NCBI GenBank assembly: GCA_963797485.1
Contig: CAWCPF010000003.1
Location: 199,957-263,956, forward strand
From: an uncultured Chloroflexia bacterium
GTDB lineage: Bacteria > Chloroflexota > Anaerolineae > Anaerolineales > E44-bin32
Direction of reading: 5' to 3'
DNA length: 64,000 nt
This document shows, piece by piece, positions 18,745 through 28,491 of this stretch (position 1 is the first letter of the stretch; each line of letters opens with the position of its first letter). The translations under genes and the position numbers were made by a program. The notes below the pieces were generated by a model. It was not told the DNA's origin, did not search any database, and saw only the letters and a list, made by a program, of their open reading frames with translations.

Positions 18745-20460
18745 GTGAAACGCCGAAGTGTATTTACAATCGTCAGCTTGCTCGTTCTTGGAAGCATGCT
18801 GATGGTGGCATGCGGCGGCCAGCCGACGGCGGCGCCAACCACGGCGCCGACCGAGGCTGCCCAGCCGACAACCGCCCCGACCGAGGCGCCGACCCCCGCG
18901 GGCCCAGTCACCATCGTGATTGGAACCACGGATAAGCTTGCCAGCCTAGATCCGGCCGATGCCTACGCCATCTACGACTGGGAGAACATCACCAACATCA
19001 GCCAGGGCTTGCTCTCGTATGTCCCTGGCACCACCGATGTTCAACCGGAGCTGGCCACGGCGCTGCCCGAAATTTCGGCAGACGGCCTGACCTACACCTT
19101 CACCCTCAAGGACGGCGTCAAGTTCGCCGATGGCACCGATCTGACGGCGGCCATGTATGTCTCTCAGCTCAACCGCCTGCTGACCATCGGCCCGTCCTGC
19201 CCGAATGATGTGGCCGACACGCTGGCTGTGCCGTATGTCGAAAGCATCACCAACCCGAGCGGCAGCACGATCGTGTTCCAGCTCAAGGCGCCGGTCGGCT
19301 TCTTCAGCCAGATTCTGGCCCGGGCGCCCTATGTGGCTTCGGACCCGAACATCTTCACAGCCGCTGAGTGCAACCTGATCCCCGAGGCGCCTGTCTACGG
19401 GACCGGCCCGTTCTTTATCTCCCAGCTCAATCCGGACGAACAGATCGTGCTGGAGCCCAATCCGTACTACACCGGCACCTTGAAGCCCCAGGTCGACCAG
19501 GTCATCGTGCGGCACTTCTCTGACCCGCAGACGATGGCTTTGGCCGTGCAGAACGGCGAAATCGACATCGCCTGGCGCTTCCTGGGGCCGGACCTGATTG
19601 GCCAGCTCCAGGGCGTCTCGAACGTGACCGTGAGCGCGGTGAACGGCGGTTCGATCCGCTACCTGATCGTCAACCACACCATGGCTCCGGCCGACGATCC
19701 CAATGTGGCCAAGGCCATCGCCTACTCCATTGACCGCAACGAGATCTCCGACACGGTCTTCGGCGGCCAGGTGAGCCCGCTGTACTCTCAGATCCCGCCC
19801 GGTTTCGTGGGCGCTACAGAAGCCTTCGACACCATGTACGGCGCACCGGATCTGGACAAGGCCAAGGCAGCCCTGGCGGCTTCCGGCTACACGGCCGACA
19901 ACCCCCTGACGCTGCAGATGTGGTACCCGCCGGAGCACTACGGTGCGGAGACCGCCTCCTGGATGCAGGTGATCAAGCAGGAGCTTGAGGCCACCGGCGC
20001 CATCCAGGTTGACCTGCAGGCGCAGGAGTGGAGCACGTACGTCTCGGCGCTCACCGGCGGTCAGTCCTACGCCGTGGGCGTCCTCGGCTGGTTCTTCGAC
20101 TACCCCGACTCCTCGAACTATATCGACCCGTTCGTTTACAACAAGGGTCTGGGTACGAACGTGACCGAGCCGCAGGAAGGCAGTGACTTCGGCGTGCCGC
20201 TGAACGACAAGGCGGCCCAGCTGGTCGATCTGCTGGCGAAGGCCGACACCGAAAGTGACCCCGCCGCCCGCGCCGACCTGTACAGTCAGGCTCAGGATCT
20301 GTATGCCGATCTGGTGGTGACTGTCCCGCTGTTCTTCAACGCAGAACATGTGGTGTACGGCCCCAGCATTCACGGTGACAGCATGTACGCCTTGCCCGAA
20401 ACCCTGAATATTGGCCCCACGATTGACTTCAACTACGCCACCCTGAGCAAGTCTCAGTAA
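18745..20460 (+). CDS. ABC transporter substrate-binding lipoprotein, family 5 (peptide/nickel type)
   Basis: AGGAGGAG then GTG 18745. Signal/lipobox LLVLGSMLMVACGG followed by an Ala/Pro/Thr linker. ~570 aa, the size and architecture of DppA/OppA-type binding proteins. Confidence 0.85.
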   Translation: MKRRSVFTIVSLLVLGSMLMVACGGQPTAAPTTAPTEAAQPTTAPTEAPTPAGPVTIVIGTTDKLASLDPADAYAIYDWENITNISQGLLSYVPGTTDVQPELATALPEISADGLTYTFTLKDGVKFADGTDLTAAMYVSQLNRLLTIGPSCPNDVADTLAVPYVESITNPSGSTIVFQLKAPVGFFSQILARAPYVASDPNIFTAAECNLIPEAPVYGTGPFFISQLNPDEQIVLEPNPYYTGTLKPQVDQVIVRHFSDPQTMALAVQNGEIDIAWRFLGPDLIGQLQGVSNVTVSAVNGGSIRYLIVNHTMAPADDPNVAKAIAYSIDRNEISDTVFGGQVSPLYSQIPPGFVGATEAFDTMYGAPDLDKAKAALAASGYTADNPLTLQMWYPPEHYGAETASWMQVIKQELEATGAIQVDLQAQEWSTYVSALTGGQSYAVGVLGWFFDYPDSSNYIDPFVYNKGLGTNVTEPQEGSDFGVPLNDKAAQLVDLLAKADTESDPAARADLYSQAQDLYADLVVTVPLFFNAEHVVYGPSIHGDSMYALPETLNIGPTIDFNYATLSKSQ

Positions 20461-20470
20461 GACGCCTAAA

Positions 20471-20498
20471 GGGGGCGGGCCAGAGATGGCCCGCCCCC
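20471..20498 (+). promoter_or_regulatory. intercistronic perfect stem-loop between binding-protein and permease genes
   Basis: GGGGGCGGGCC-AGAGAT-GGCCCGCCCCC (11-bp perfect stem) with no U tract. Confidence 0.5.
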
Positions 20499-20514
20499 GG
20501 CTCCAACTCGCCTC

Positions 20515-21618
20515 ATGCCCCTCTCGCCGATCATCCTAATCTTCCTGGTTTTTGGGATCCCCTCGGTCCTGGGGTTGATCTATATCTTCATCCGCGGTTC
20601 GGGAGGGCTTCGAAAGTACATCCTGACCCGGCTGGGGCTGACCCTGCCGATGGTTTTCATCCTCGCCAGCCTGGTGTTCCTGGTCATGCGGGTCATCCCC
20701 GGCGATCCGGTTTCGTCCGCCCTAGGCCCCAAGGGCACGCCCCAAATGGTCGCGCACATCCGCGAGCAGCTGGGCCTGAATGACCCGCTCATCGTCCAGT
20801 ACGCCCGGTTCCTGAAAGACATCGTAACCTTTGATTTTGGCAACTCGCTGGTGGGCGGTCATAGGCCGATCGTGGATGAGATGAGTGAGCGTTTCCCGGC
20901 CACGCTCGAGTTGGTCGTCCCGGCCTCGATCCTGGCGCTGATCATCGGTGTCTTTGGGGGAGCCTTCGCTGCCTCCCGCCGCAAGCAGGCGGCTGACTAC
21001 ACCCTGCGCCTGTACTCCGTCATCATTTATTCTTTGCCCATCTTCTGGTTAGGTCTGATGCTGCAGCTTTATTTTGGAGTCCGGCTGAATGTCCTGCCCA
21101 TCTCCGGACGGATCGACGCCATCATCGGGACGACTCTGCACCACATCACGAATATCTACTCGATTGATGCCCTGATCACCGGGAATTGGCCGGCCTTCCG
21201 TTCGGTCCTGGCCCACCTGGTCCTGCCGACCGTCACTCTGGGGACGATCCTGTCGGGCGTATTCTTGCGCTTGACGCGGATCAACGTGATCGAGACCTTT
21301 CAGTCGGACTACATCGCCGCGGCGCGGGCGTGCGGCATCAGCGAAGGTGTACTGGTCTATACCCATGCCCTGAAGAATGCCTTGATCCCGGTGATCACCC
21401 TGATCGGCCTGCAGGTGGCCATTTTGTTGGCCGGAGCCGTATTGACGGAAACCGTCTTTTCCTGGCCCGGCATGGGCAGTTATCTGGTCGAGCGCATCTC
21501 CGGGCGTGACTACACTGCCGTCCAAAGCGTGATCACAGTCTTTGCTTTGTTCGTGGCTCTGATCAGCCTGGCGGTGGACATTATTTATTCCCTGGTTGAT
21601 CCGCGGGTGAGGTACTGA
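20515..21618 (+). CDS. ABC transporter permease (DppB/OppB-like)
   Basis: 367 aa. N-terminal extra TM, then RKYILTRLGLTLPMVF.. and an EAA-loop region ..SDYIAAARACGISEG. Confidence 0.85.
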   Translation: MPLSPIILIFLVFGIPSVLGLIYIFIRGSGGLRKYILTRLGLTLPMVFILASLVFLVMRVIPGDPVSSALGPKGTPQMVAHIREQLGLNDPLIVQYARFLKDIVTFDFGNSLVGGHRPIVDEMSERFPATLELVVPASILALIIGVFGGAFAASRRKQAADYTLRLYSVIIYSLPIFWLGLMLQLYFGVRLNVLPISGRIDAIIGTTLHHITNIYSIDALITGNWPAFRSVLAHLVLPTVTLGTILSGVFLRLTRINVIETFQSDYIAAARACGISEGVLVYTHALKNALIPVITLIGLQVAILLAGAVLTETVFSWPGMGSYLVERISGRDYTAVQSVITVFALFVALISLAVDIIYSLVDPRVRY

Positions 21619-21621
21619 TCC

Positions 21622-22907
21622 ATGGAAAAATCACACCCCCTCCCATCGGTCACCGAACCGGGTGAGCAGGTCTGGCGCGACGAGCTGGCGGATGTGGGTT
21701 TTGTGCGCCGCATCCTGCTCGCCCGCCGGTGGTATGGCTTGGACTGGTGGTTCGTCGCCATTTCGAGCGTGATGGTCGTGGTATTCATCGCGCTGGCGAT
21801 TGCGCCGGGATTGGTGGCGCCGTTCACCGCCGAGTCCCTGGTCGGGCCGCGCTTTCTATCCCCGGGCCAGCAGCCGGACTTACCCATCCTGGTCATTCGC
21901 AGTGATTCGAATGTGACCCAGCTACGTGATCTGGCCGTGGCGGGCGACGCGGTTCGGCCCAGCGTCGGAGTCGATGCAGGGGGTCCCCACCGCCGGCGCG
22001 CTGAACGAAGAAGCCCAAACCATCGATCAAGAGTTGAAGAACGGGCCCGAGGGCTTAAGGCTCCGGCCGCGGATTGAGCGTTATCTCACGCTGGAGGACA
22101 CCCTGCAAGCGGTGCAAGATGGCAAGGTCGCCGCAGTTGTGGTCCGCCAGCTTGAGTACCAGAGCCTGGCGGCCAGCTTCCCAGAACTCAAGGCCGGCAA
22201 TTCTCTCACCGGAGAGACGGCCACATCCGGCGGCTTCTTGCTCGGGACGAATGACATCGGTCAGGATGTATTCAGCCGGCTGATCTGGGGCACCCGAATC
22301 GCGCTCGATCATCGGCTTCAGTTCATCAATTGTGGCCCTGGTCCTGGGCGTTCCGTTGGGCCTGTTCGCCGGTTACACCGGCGGCGCGTTCGAGCGGCTT
22401 ATGTGCCTGTTGATGGACAGCATGTATGCGTTCCCGGGGCTGATCCTGGCCATTGCCATCACGGCCGTGCTGGGCCCCAGCGTCCTGAACGTCATCGTCG
22501 CCATTGCGGTCCTTTACGTTCCAACTTACTACCGGATTGTGCGCGGGCAGACCTTGGCGGTTCGAGAAGAGCTCTATGTGGACGCGGCCCGAAGTCTCGG
22601 AGCGCGGAGCATCGAAATCCTGCGCCGATATATCTTTCCGAACGTCATCCCTTCCGTGGCGATCATCTTTTCTGTCAATGTCGCCGACGCCATCCTGACC
22701 GGAGCGGGGCTGTCCTTTCTGGGTCTAGGTCTTCCGCCGACCATCGCCGACTGGGGCATTGACCTGGCCAGAGGCCAGCGGTTCATTCAGACGGCCTGGT
22801 GGATGATCACGTTCCCCGGCTTGGCGATCTTGCTCGTCGTCCTGGCGTTCAGCATGATGGGCGAAGGGCTGACCGAGATCTTCAACCCCAAGCTGCGGGA
22901 TCGCTGA
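21622..22907 (+). pseudogene. ABC transporter permease (DppC/OppC-like) with long periplasmic insert; two +1 frameshifts
   Basis: Three consecutive frames carry the protein: 21622.. (TM1), 21974.. (insert and LGTNDIGQDVFSRLIWGTRIAL), and ~22308.. (IIGFSSSIVALVLGV...EAA loop...FNPKLRDR). Shifts lie near 21970-21974 and 22307. Confidence 0.8.
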
Positions 22908-23914
22908 TGGGCGACGACCTCCTCTATTCCATTCGAGACCTGACCGTTGAGTACACGACCCGGGCTGGGGCCGTCAAGGCCGTCGACCAGGTCTCTTTGG
23001 ATGTCCGGCGCGGCGAAATCCTGGGGCTGGTGGGCGAGTCCGGCTGCGGCAAGTCGACCCTGGGCAAGGCCCTGATGCGCCTGCACTCCGGCCCAGCCCG
23101 AATCACGTCGGGGGAGTTGTGGTTCGACGGCCGCGACCTGATGTCCCTTTCCGAAGACGACATGCGCCAGGTGCGCGGCGCCGAACTGGGCATGGTCTTT
23201 CAGGACCCAATGACGTCGCTCAACCCGGTTCAACGCGTCATCGATCACCTTTCGGAAACCATCCGCACTCACGAGCCGAGCTCGGAAAGCCGGGCCCGGA
23301 TACGCGGCGAAGAGCTGTTCGAGAGCCTGGGCATCCGCTCCGAGCGGATTGACGACTATCCGCACCAAATGTCGGGCGGCATGCGCCAGCGTGTCATGAT
23401 CTCGCTGGCCCTGGCGTTGCGCGCCAAGATGGTCGTGGCCGACGAACCCACCACCTCCCTGGATGTGATCGTCGAGGCCAAGTTCTTGGATTTGCTCCGC
23501 GCGCTGCGCGACGAATTTGGGCTCACGATTTTGTTGATCACCCACAACATCGGGGTGGTGGCTGAGGTCGCTGACCGGGTGGCGGTGATGTATGCCGGCC
23601 GGATGGCCGAGGTTGGGGACGTGGGTGATGTCTTCGACCGGCCCCTGCACCCCTACACGCAAGGCCTGCTGCGTTCGGTGCCCAACATCAGCCTGACCGA
23701 GGCGGAAAACTTGTATCGCATGGGCGGAGAGCCCCCCAACCTGTTCAACCCGCCATCGGGGTGCCGATTTCATCCGCGCTGTCCCGAAGCGATGCCGATT
23801 TGTTCCAGAATGGCTCCGCACCTGCTCCCCGCCGTCGATGAGCACCTGGTCAACTGCTGGCTCTATGAGGATCATCCTGAGAAAGAACGACCCACCCTGA
23901 AGGCGGCTCCATGA
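22907..23914 (+). CDS. ABC transporter ATP-binding protein (DppD/OppD-like)
   Basis: Walker A GESGCGKST, signature MSGGMRQRVMISLAL, Walker B VVADEPTTSLD, C-terminal PPSGCRFHPRCP. ATG 22907 overlaps the permease stop (TGATG). Confidence 0.9.
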   Translation: MGDDLLYSIRDLTVEYTTRAGAVKAVDQVSLDVRRGEILGLVGESGCGKSTLGKALMRLHSGPARITSGELWFDGRDLMSLSEDDMRQVRGAELGMVFQDPMTSLNPVQRVIDHLSETIRTHEPSSESRARIRGEELFESLGIRSERIDDYPHQMSGGMRQRVMISLALALRAKMVVADEPTTSLDVIVEAKFLDLLRALRDEFGLTILLITHNIGVVAEVADRVAVMYAGRMAEVGDVGDVFDRPLHPYTQGLLRSVPNISLTEAENLYRMGGEPPNLFNPPSGCRFHPRCPEAMPICSRMAPHLLPAVDEHLVNCWLYEDHPEKERPTLKAAP

Positions 23915-24945
23915 GCCAGAGCACGACCGCGAAGCCCATCGAACGCCCCAGCCTGGTGGATGTCATCGGGGTAAAGAAGTGGTTTCCGGTTCAAACCGGA
24001 TTCGTCGAGCGCCTGATGTCCGGCCACACCGACTTCGTCAAGGCCGTAGATGGGGTGACGTTTTCCATCCGCAAAGGTGAAGTATTCGGCCTGGCCGGCG
24101 AAAGCGGCAGCGGCAAGACCACCACCGGCCGCCTGGTCATCCGGCTCGAAGAGCCGACCGACGGCAAGGTCCTGTTCGACGGAACCGACCTGGCGGAGTT
24201 GCACCCGGAGGCCCTGCGCCTGCTCCGGCGCCGCATGCAGGTCATTTATCAGGACCCCATGGCGTCACTCAATCCCAGAATGTCGGTCGGCGAAGCGCTG
24301 ACCCACCCGCTGGAAATCCACTATCCGGATCGAAAGGACGAATATCGCGACCTGGCGGTCGGAATGCTGGAGAGGGTCGGCTTGAGCCCGGCCGTCTATT
24401 TCCTTGACAAGTACCCGCATCAGATATCCGGCGGACAGCGGCAGAGGGTGGTCATCGCCCGCGCGCTGATCACACGGCCGGACCTGATCCTGGCGGACGA
24501 ACCCATCGCCATGGCGGATGTGAGCGTGCGCTCGCTGCTGCTGGATCTGATGAAGGAGCTGCGAAAAGAGTTCGACCTGACCTATCTGTTCATCACCCAT
24601 GACCTGGCGACGGCCAAGTACATCTGTGACCGAATTGGGGTGATGTACCTGGGCAAGCTGGTCGAGGTCGGTGATCTGCGCGAAGTCTACGGACATGCGC
24701 TGCATCCTTACACCCGGGCCCTGCTGGCGGCCGTGCCGGTGCCTGACCCCAAAGAGCGCCGCCAGACGCCGCTGCCCGAAGGCGAAATCCCCAGCGCCAT
24801 CAACCCGCCCTCCGGCTGCCGCTTCCACCCCCGCTGTCCGGTGGCCAGGCTGCCGCACTGCTCGCAGGAAGAGCCGGAGCTGCGCGAGTTGCGACCAGGT
24901 CACCAGGTCGCTTGTCACTACGCCGAGGATTTCCTCAACACCTAG
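23911..24945 (+). CDS. ABC transporter ATP-binding protein (DppF/OppF-like)
   Basis: Walker A GESGSGKTT, signature ISGGQRQRVVIARAL, Walker B ILADEP, C-terminal PPSGCRFHPRCP. ATGA overlap with the upstream gene. Confidence 0.9.
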   Translation: MSQSTTAKPIERPSLVDVIGVKKWFPVQTGFVERLMSGHTDFVKAVDGVTFSIRKGEVFGLAGESGSGKTTTGRLVIRLEEPTDGKVLFDGTDLAELHPEALRLLRRRMQVIYQDPMASLNPRMSVGEALTHPLEIHYPDRKDEYRDLAVGMLERVGLSPAVYFLDKYPHQISGGQRQRVVIARALITRPDLILADEPIAMADVSVRSLLLDLMKELRKEFDLTYLFITHDLATAKYICDRIGVMYLGKLVEVGDLREVYGHALHPYTRALLAAVPVPDPKERRQTPLPEGEIPSAINPPSGCRFHPRCPVARLPHCSQEEPELRELRPGHQVACHYAEDFLNT

Positions 24946-24974
24946 CCGTCGTCGAGCACAGCCCAAGGAGCCAT

Positions 24975-26123
24975 ATGGAAGCGTTCCAGGCGCGCGTGCA
25001 AGCATTCCAGACCCAGCTGAAGGACTCGGCCGAAGCGGCGTTCTTTCCGCTTTCGGCGGATATGCAGTATTTGACCGGGATCGAGCGCCCCTTTCCCAAT
25101 TTCGGGGCCACGCATCACCCGGGCGCCTGGCTTGAAGGCGTGTGGGTGGGGCTGACCGGAGAACCCGTCGTCACCCTGACCCGCATGTCGCGGGAGTTGA
25201 GCGGCGTCGTCGGCCAGGGGGCCTTCGAGACGAAAATCCTGGGAGACTGGGATGACCCGTCCGAGTTGGTTGGCGGAATCCTGACCAGGCTGGGCTGGAA
25301 GGACGGCGGAAGGCTGGCCATTGGCGAGGCAACCGCCGGAGAAACGGTGGTGGCCCTGTGTAAACTGCTGCCCGGGGTGATCTTTGTCGCGGCCACCGAG
25401 GTGCTGGCGACCCAGCGCCGAATTAAATCGGAAGACGAAATCGCCATCATGCGCCAGGCGGGGGCCATCACCGAGGCGGCCTTTGCGGCGGTCCTGGGCC
25501 AGCTGCAGCATGGCATGACCGAGCTGGACGTTGTGGCTGAAATCGACCTGCAGCTAAGGCGCGCCGGGGGACAGGGTCCGTCCTTCACCACCTCACTCTA
25601 TTGTTCCGGCCCCGAGCATCCGCTGGTCTTCGGACACACCGTCGAATCGATGCAGCGAGCGCTGGATCCGCCGGTGTGTGTCCTGTTCGATTTTGGGGCC
25701 ATTCACAAGGGCTACTGCTATGACTTTGGCCGGACGGTTTTCTTCGGCAGCCCGGCACCGGAAATGATCGAGATTCACCGGCTGGTAATGGACGCCCAGG
25801 CGGCCGGGATCGCCGCGCTGCAAGCGGGAGCCATGACCGCCGAGCAGGCTGATGCGGCGGCAAGGAAGGTGATCGAGCGGGCCGGCTACGGCGCGGCCTT
25901 CCGGCACCGGCTGGGGCATGCCATCGGGCTCGACGTGCATGAGGCCCCCTTCCTGACTTCCGGCGATCACACGCCCTTGGAACGTGGCATGCTCTTCACG
26001 GTCGAACCGAGCATCATGCACGACCAGGGGTTTTCGGCCCGAGTGGAAGACGTTGTGGCCGTCGAGGTCGGGGGCGGGGCGCCGCTGACACGCGGCCACC
26101 CCGGGCTCATCGTCATCGACTGA
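24975..26123 (+). CDS. M24 family metallopeptidase (Xaa-Pro aminopeptidase-like)
   Basis: Pita-bread-fold metal-ligand segments ..LFDFGAIHKGYCYDFGRT.., HRLGHAIGLDVHE, FTVEPS, and E near the C-terminus. AAGGAG precedes ATG 24975. Confidence 0.8.
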   Translation: MEAFQARVQAFQTQLKDSAEAAFFPLSADMQYLTGIERPFPNFGATHHPGAWLEGVWVGLTGEPVVTLTRMSRELSGVVGQGAFETKILGDWDDPSELVGGILTRLGWKDGGRLAIGEATAGETVVALCKLLPGVIFVAATEVLATQRRIKSEDEIAIMRQAGAITEAAFAAVLGQLQHGMTELDVVAEIDLQLRRAGGQGPSFTTSLYCSGPEHPLVFGHTVESMQRALDPPVCVLFDFGAIHKGYCYDFGRTVFFGSPAPEMIEIHRLVMDAQAAGIAALQAGAMTAEQADAAARKVIERAGYGAAFRHRLGHAIGLDVHEAPFLTSGDHTPLERGMLFTVEPSIMHDQGFSARVEDVVAVEVGGGAPLTRGHPGLIVID

Positions 26124-26202
26124 GCCGCGCCCCATCGGTCGCCGGCCGCCAGGCTTCTCCTTCACCCGTTCAACGCCGGTGTGAGCTTATAAGGAGCGAC
26201 AT

Positions 26203-27231
26203 TTGCCAGCCCAGGTGGCGGTGGTCATGCCTTGTCACAACGCCGGCCAGACCGTCGATCAGGCAATTGAGTCGATTGTCACCGGATCGATGGGCGACTT
26301 CGAGATTATCGTCGTTGACGACGGGTCGACCGATGACACCGTCGCCAGGCTGCAGGCATGGGCGGGCCGGGATGCCCGGCTGCATCTCATCCAGCTGCCC
26401 AGGGTTGGCCTGGTGCGGGCCCTGAATGCCGGCGTGAGCGCGGCCACGGCGCCGCTGCTGGCACGGATGGACGCCGACGATATCGCCATGCCTACGCGTC
26501 TCGAGAAACAGCTCGCGCTTTTGAATGCCCATCCGGGCCTGGCGGTGGTGGGATCATGGGTGCGCCCTTTCCCGGAGGAAGACGTCCGGGAGGGGTTTCG
26601 GTTGTACGTGGACTGGCTCAACAGCCTGGTGACGCCGAACTCCATGGCGCGTGAGATCTTCGTGGAGAGCCCGCTGGCGCACCCGAGCGTGGTCATGCGC
26701 GCCGAGTGGATCAAACGCGTCGGCGGCTATCAGGACCACGGCTGGCCGGAGGACTATGACCTGTGGCTGCGGCTGTATCTCGAAGGGGCAGCCTTCGGGA
26801 AAGTGCCCGAGGTCCTGCTATTGTGGCGAGAACACCCGGCTCGGGCGACGCGCACCGACAGCCACTATTCGGTTGAGAACTTCCTGCGAGCCAAAGCCGC
26901 GTACCTGGCTCAAGGGCCGCTGGCCGGCTGCGACGGCGTGATCGTATGGGGGGCGGGTCAGATGGGCAAGCGCCTTTCGAAGCATCTGCTCAAGCACCAA
27001 GTTCCGCTGGCGGTCTTTATCGACATCGACCCAAAGAAGATCGGCCGGGAGCGGCGGGGACTTCCCGTCGAGCCGGTCGAGGCGCTCGAGCGCTGGTGGG
27101 GCTCCTTTGAGCACCCGGCTGTGCTGGCGGCGGTCGGCTCGCGCGGTGCGCGGGCCTTGATCCGCGAGCAGCTTAACGCGCGGCGGGCTGGTCGAAGGTC
27201 GGGACTGGTGGGCCGTGGCCTGACCAACTGA
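26203..27231 (+). CDS. family 2 glycosyltransferase with C-terminal Rossmann-like domain
   Basis: VVMPCHNAGQTVDQAIESI, VVDDGSTDDT and RMDADD, then VIVWGAGQMGKRL. The last ~15 codons may be affected by an indel near 27183; the alternative frame ends ..GLVEGRDWWAVA at 27223. Confidence 0.75.
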   Translation: MPAQVAVVMPCHNAGQTVDQAIESIVTGSMGDFEIIVVDDGSTDDTVARLQAWAGRDARLHLIQLPRVGLVRALNAGVSAATAPLLARMDADDIAMPTRLEKQLALLNAHPGLAVVGSWVRPFPEEDVREGFRLYVDWLNSLVTPNSMAREIFVESPLAHPSVVMRAEWIKRVGGYQDHGWPEDYDLWLRLYLEGAAFGKVPEVLLLWREHPARATRTDSHYSVENFLRAKAAYLAQGPLAGCDGVIVWGAGQMGKRLSKHLLKHQVPLAVFIDIDPKKIGRERRGLPVEPVEALERWWGSFEHPAVLAAVGSRGARALIREQLNARRAGRRSGLVGRGLTN

Positions 27232-27234
27232 GTT

Positions 27235-27250
27235 TGTGAAGGATTTCACA
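27235..27250. promoter_or_regulatory. CRP/FNR-type palindrome TGTGA-N6-TCACA (site 4 of 8)
   Basis: TTTGTGAAGGATTTCACAT in the 43-nt gap between two convergent stop codons (27231 and 27275). Confidence 0.4.
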
Positions 27251-27274
27251 TGAAAGCCGCGATGGCGGCGGGCA

Positions 27275-27883
27275 TCAAACCCGATCGAGATGAGCGGAGC
27301 GCCATGGGCGCGGGATAAAGCGCGGGACCTGCGCCTGGTAGCGCCGGTAGGGCTCGCCGAAGCTTCGAAGCAGTTTGCGCTCTTCGAACAGGCTGCCGAT
27401 GTAGAGATAGGCGGTCAGGCCGAGGTCCAGGGCCAGCACGCTGCTGGTCATCAGGGGCGTGAACCAGATGAACAGCAGGCCCCCGGTGTACAGCGGGTGG
27501 CGCATGTAGCGGTACAGGCCCGACGCCACGAGCTGGTCCCCTCCGGTGTCATCCACCAGCTGGCTCAGCCCGAGGAAGTCCATCGGGCCCGTCTGGAGCA
27601 GCCCGATCACGACCAGCCCGGCGCCCACGGCTTGCAGCGCCAGGCTCCCGAGCACCCAGGGCATCTCAATCCGGTACAAGGTCGTCCCCGGCGCCAGCGC
27701 GGGCACTGCCAACACCGGCAGCAGGGTGAGGCCCGCCAGCAGATTGAAGAACAGGCGATAGCCGCGCTGGGCGGTCTTTCCCCAGCGGCGGGTCGCCTGC
27801 TGCTTGGCCCACGTGCCGGCCAACAGACTGTGAAAGGCGCCGTAAGCGGCGACGGCGAACAGAGTGAGCGCAAAACCGGCCAT
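27275..27883 (-). CDS. isoprenylcysteine carboxyl methyltransferase / PEMT-family membrane methyltransferase
   Basis: 202 aa from ATG 27883. Polytopic, with GLYRYMRHPLYTGGLLF and EERKLLRSFGEPYRRY. The 398-aa track ORF upstream of 27883 is antisense to the DinB-like gene. Confidence 0.75.
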   Translation of the reverse strand: MAGFALTLFAVAAYGAFHSLLAGTWAKQQATRRWGKTAQRGYRLFFNLLAGLTLLPVLAVPALAPGTTLYRIEMPWVLGSLALQAVGAGLVVIGLLQTGPMDFLGLSQLVDDTGGDQLVASGLYRYMRHPLYTGGLLFIWFTPLMTSSVLALDLGLTAYLYIGSLFEERKLLRSFGEPYRRYQAQVPRFIPRPWRSAHLDRV

Positions 27884-28003
27884 GAACCTCTGGCCTCCGG
27901 GCCCTTGCCGACGGGTTGGAACGGGCAGATCGATGATACTCGATTGGCGGGAAGCGCGCCCTTCAGGGACCCCATGGTAGAATGCGCGCTGGAGGGTTGT
28001 CCT

Positions 28004-28468
28004 ATGAACGCCGACCAGTACTTCGACCACTGGCAGGTGGTCTGGCGTGACCTGATGCGGGCCGTCGCCATGCTCAAAGATTCCGATCTGGACGTGCGCC
28101 CGGCACAGGCCTATCCGCGCACGGTCGGTGACATCTTGAGGCACATGATCCGCCTGGAGAACGGGTGGATTCACTTCGTGATCCGGCGTGAGCTCCCCGC
28201 CTGGCCGGATGCCAATCCAAGCCAGCCCCAGACGGTCGCCGAGTTGCGCCTGGCCCTGGAGGAAACCCACAAGCGGACTTTTGACTATCTGGCCACCGTC
28301 CCGGTTGAGGATTTCAACCGCATCATCCAGGTCCCGGGAGATGGCACGCCGAAGCTCGGCTGGATCTTGTGGCACGTGTTGGAACAACAGATACACCACC
28401 GGGGCGAGCTGTTCCTTTGCCTGAGCCTGTTGGGATACGACCGCCCGAAGACCGACCGCCCACAGTAG
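28004..28468 (+). CDS. DinB-family (DinB_2/YfiT-like) protein
   Basis: 154 aa from ATG 28004, with spaced His residues typical of the four-helix bundle (..ILRHMIRLE.., ..WHVLEQQIHHRGEL). Confidence 0.65.
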   Translation: MNADQYFDHWQVVWRDLMRAVAMLKDSDLDVRPAQAYPRTVGDILRHMIRLENGWIHFVIRRELPAWPDANPSQPQTVAELRLALEETHKRTFDYLATVPVEDFNRIIQVPGDGTPKLGWILWHVLEQQIHHRGELFLCLSLLGYDRPKTDRPQ

Positions 28469-28491
28469 CACCAGACCATAAGGACGGGCGC

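Noticed and set aside
27275-28471. A single 398-aa minus-strand gene, and the mirror 392-aa plus-strand ORF 27290..28468.
   Set aside because: Only the 3' 202 codons of the minus ORF (ICMT-like) and the 3' 154 codons of the plus ORF (DinB-like) look like real proteins. The remaining halves are each other's antisense.
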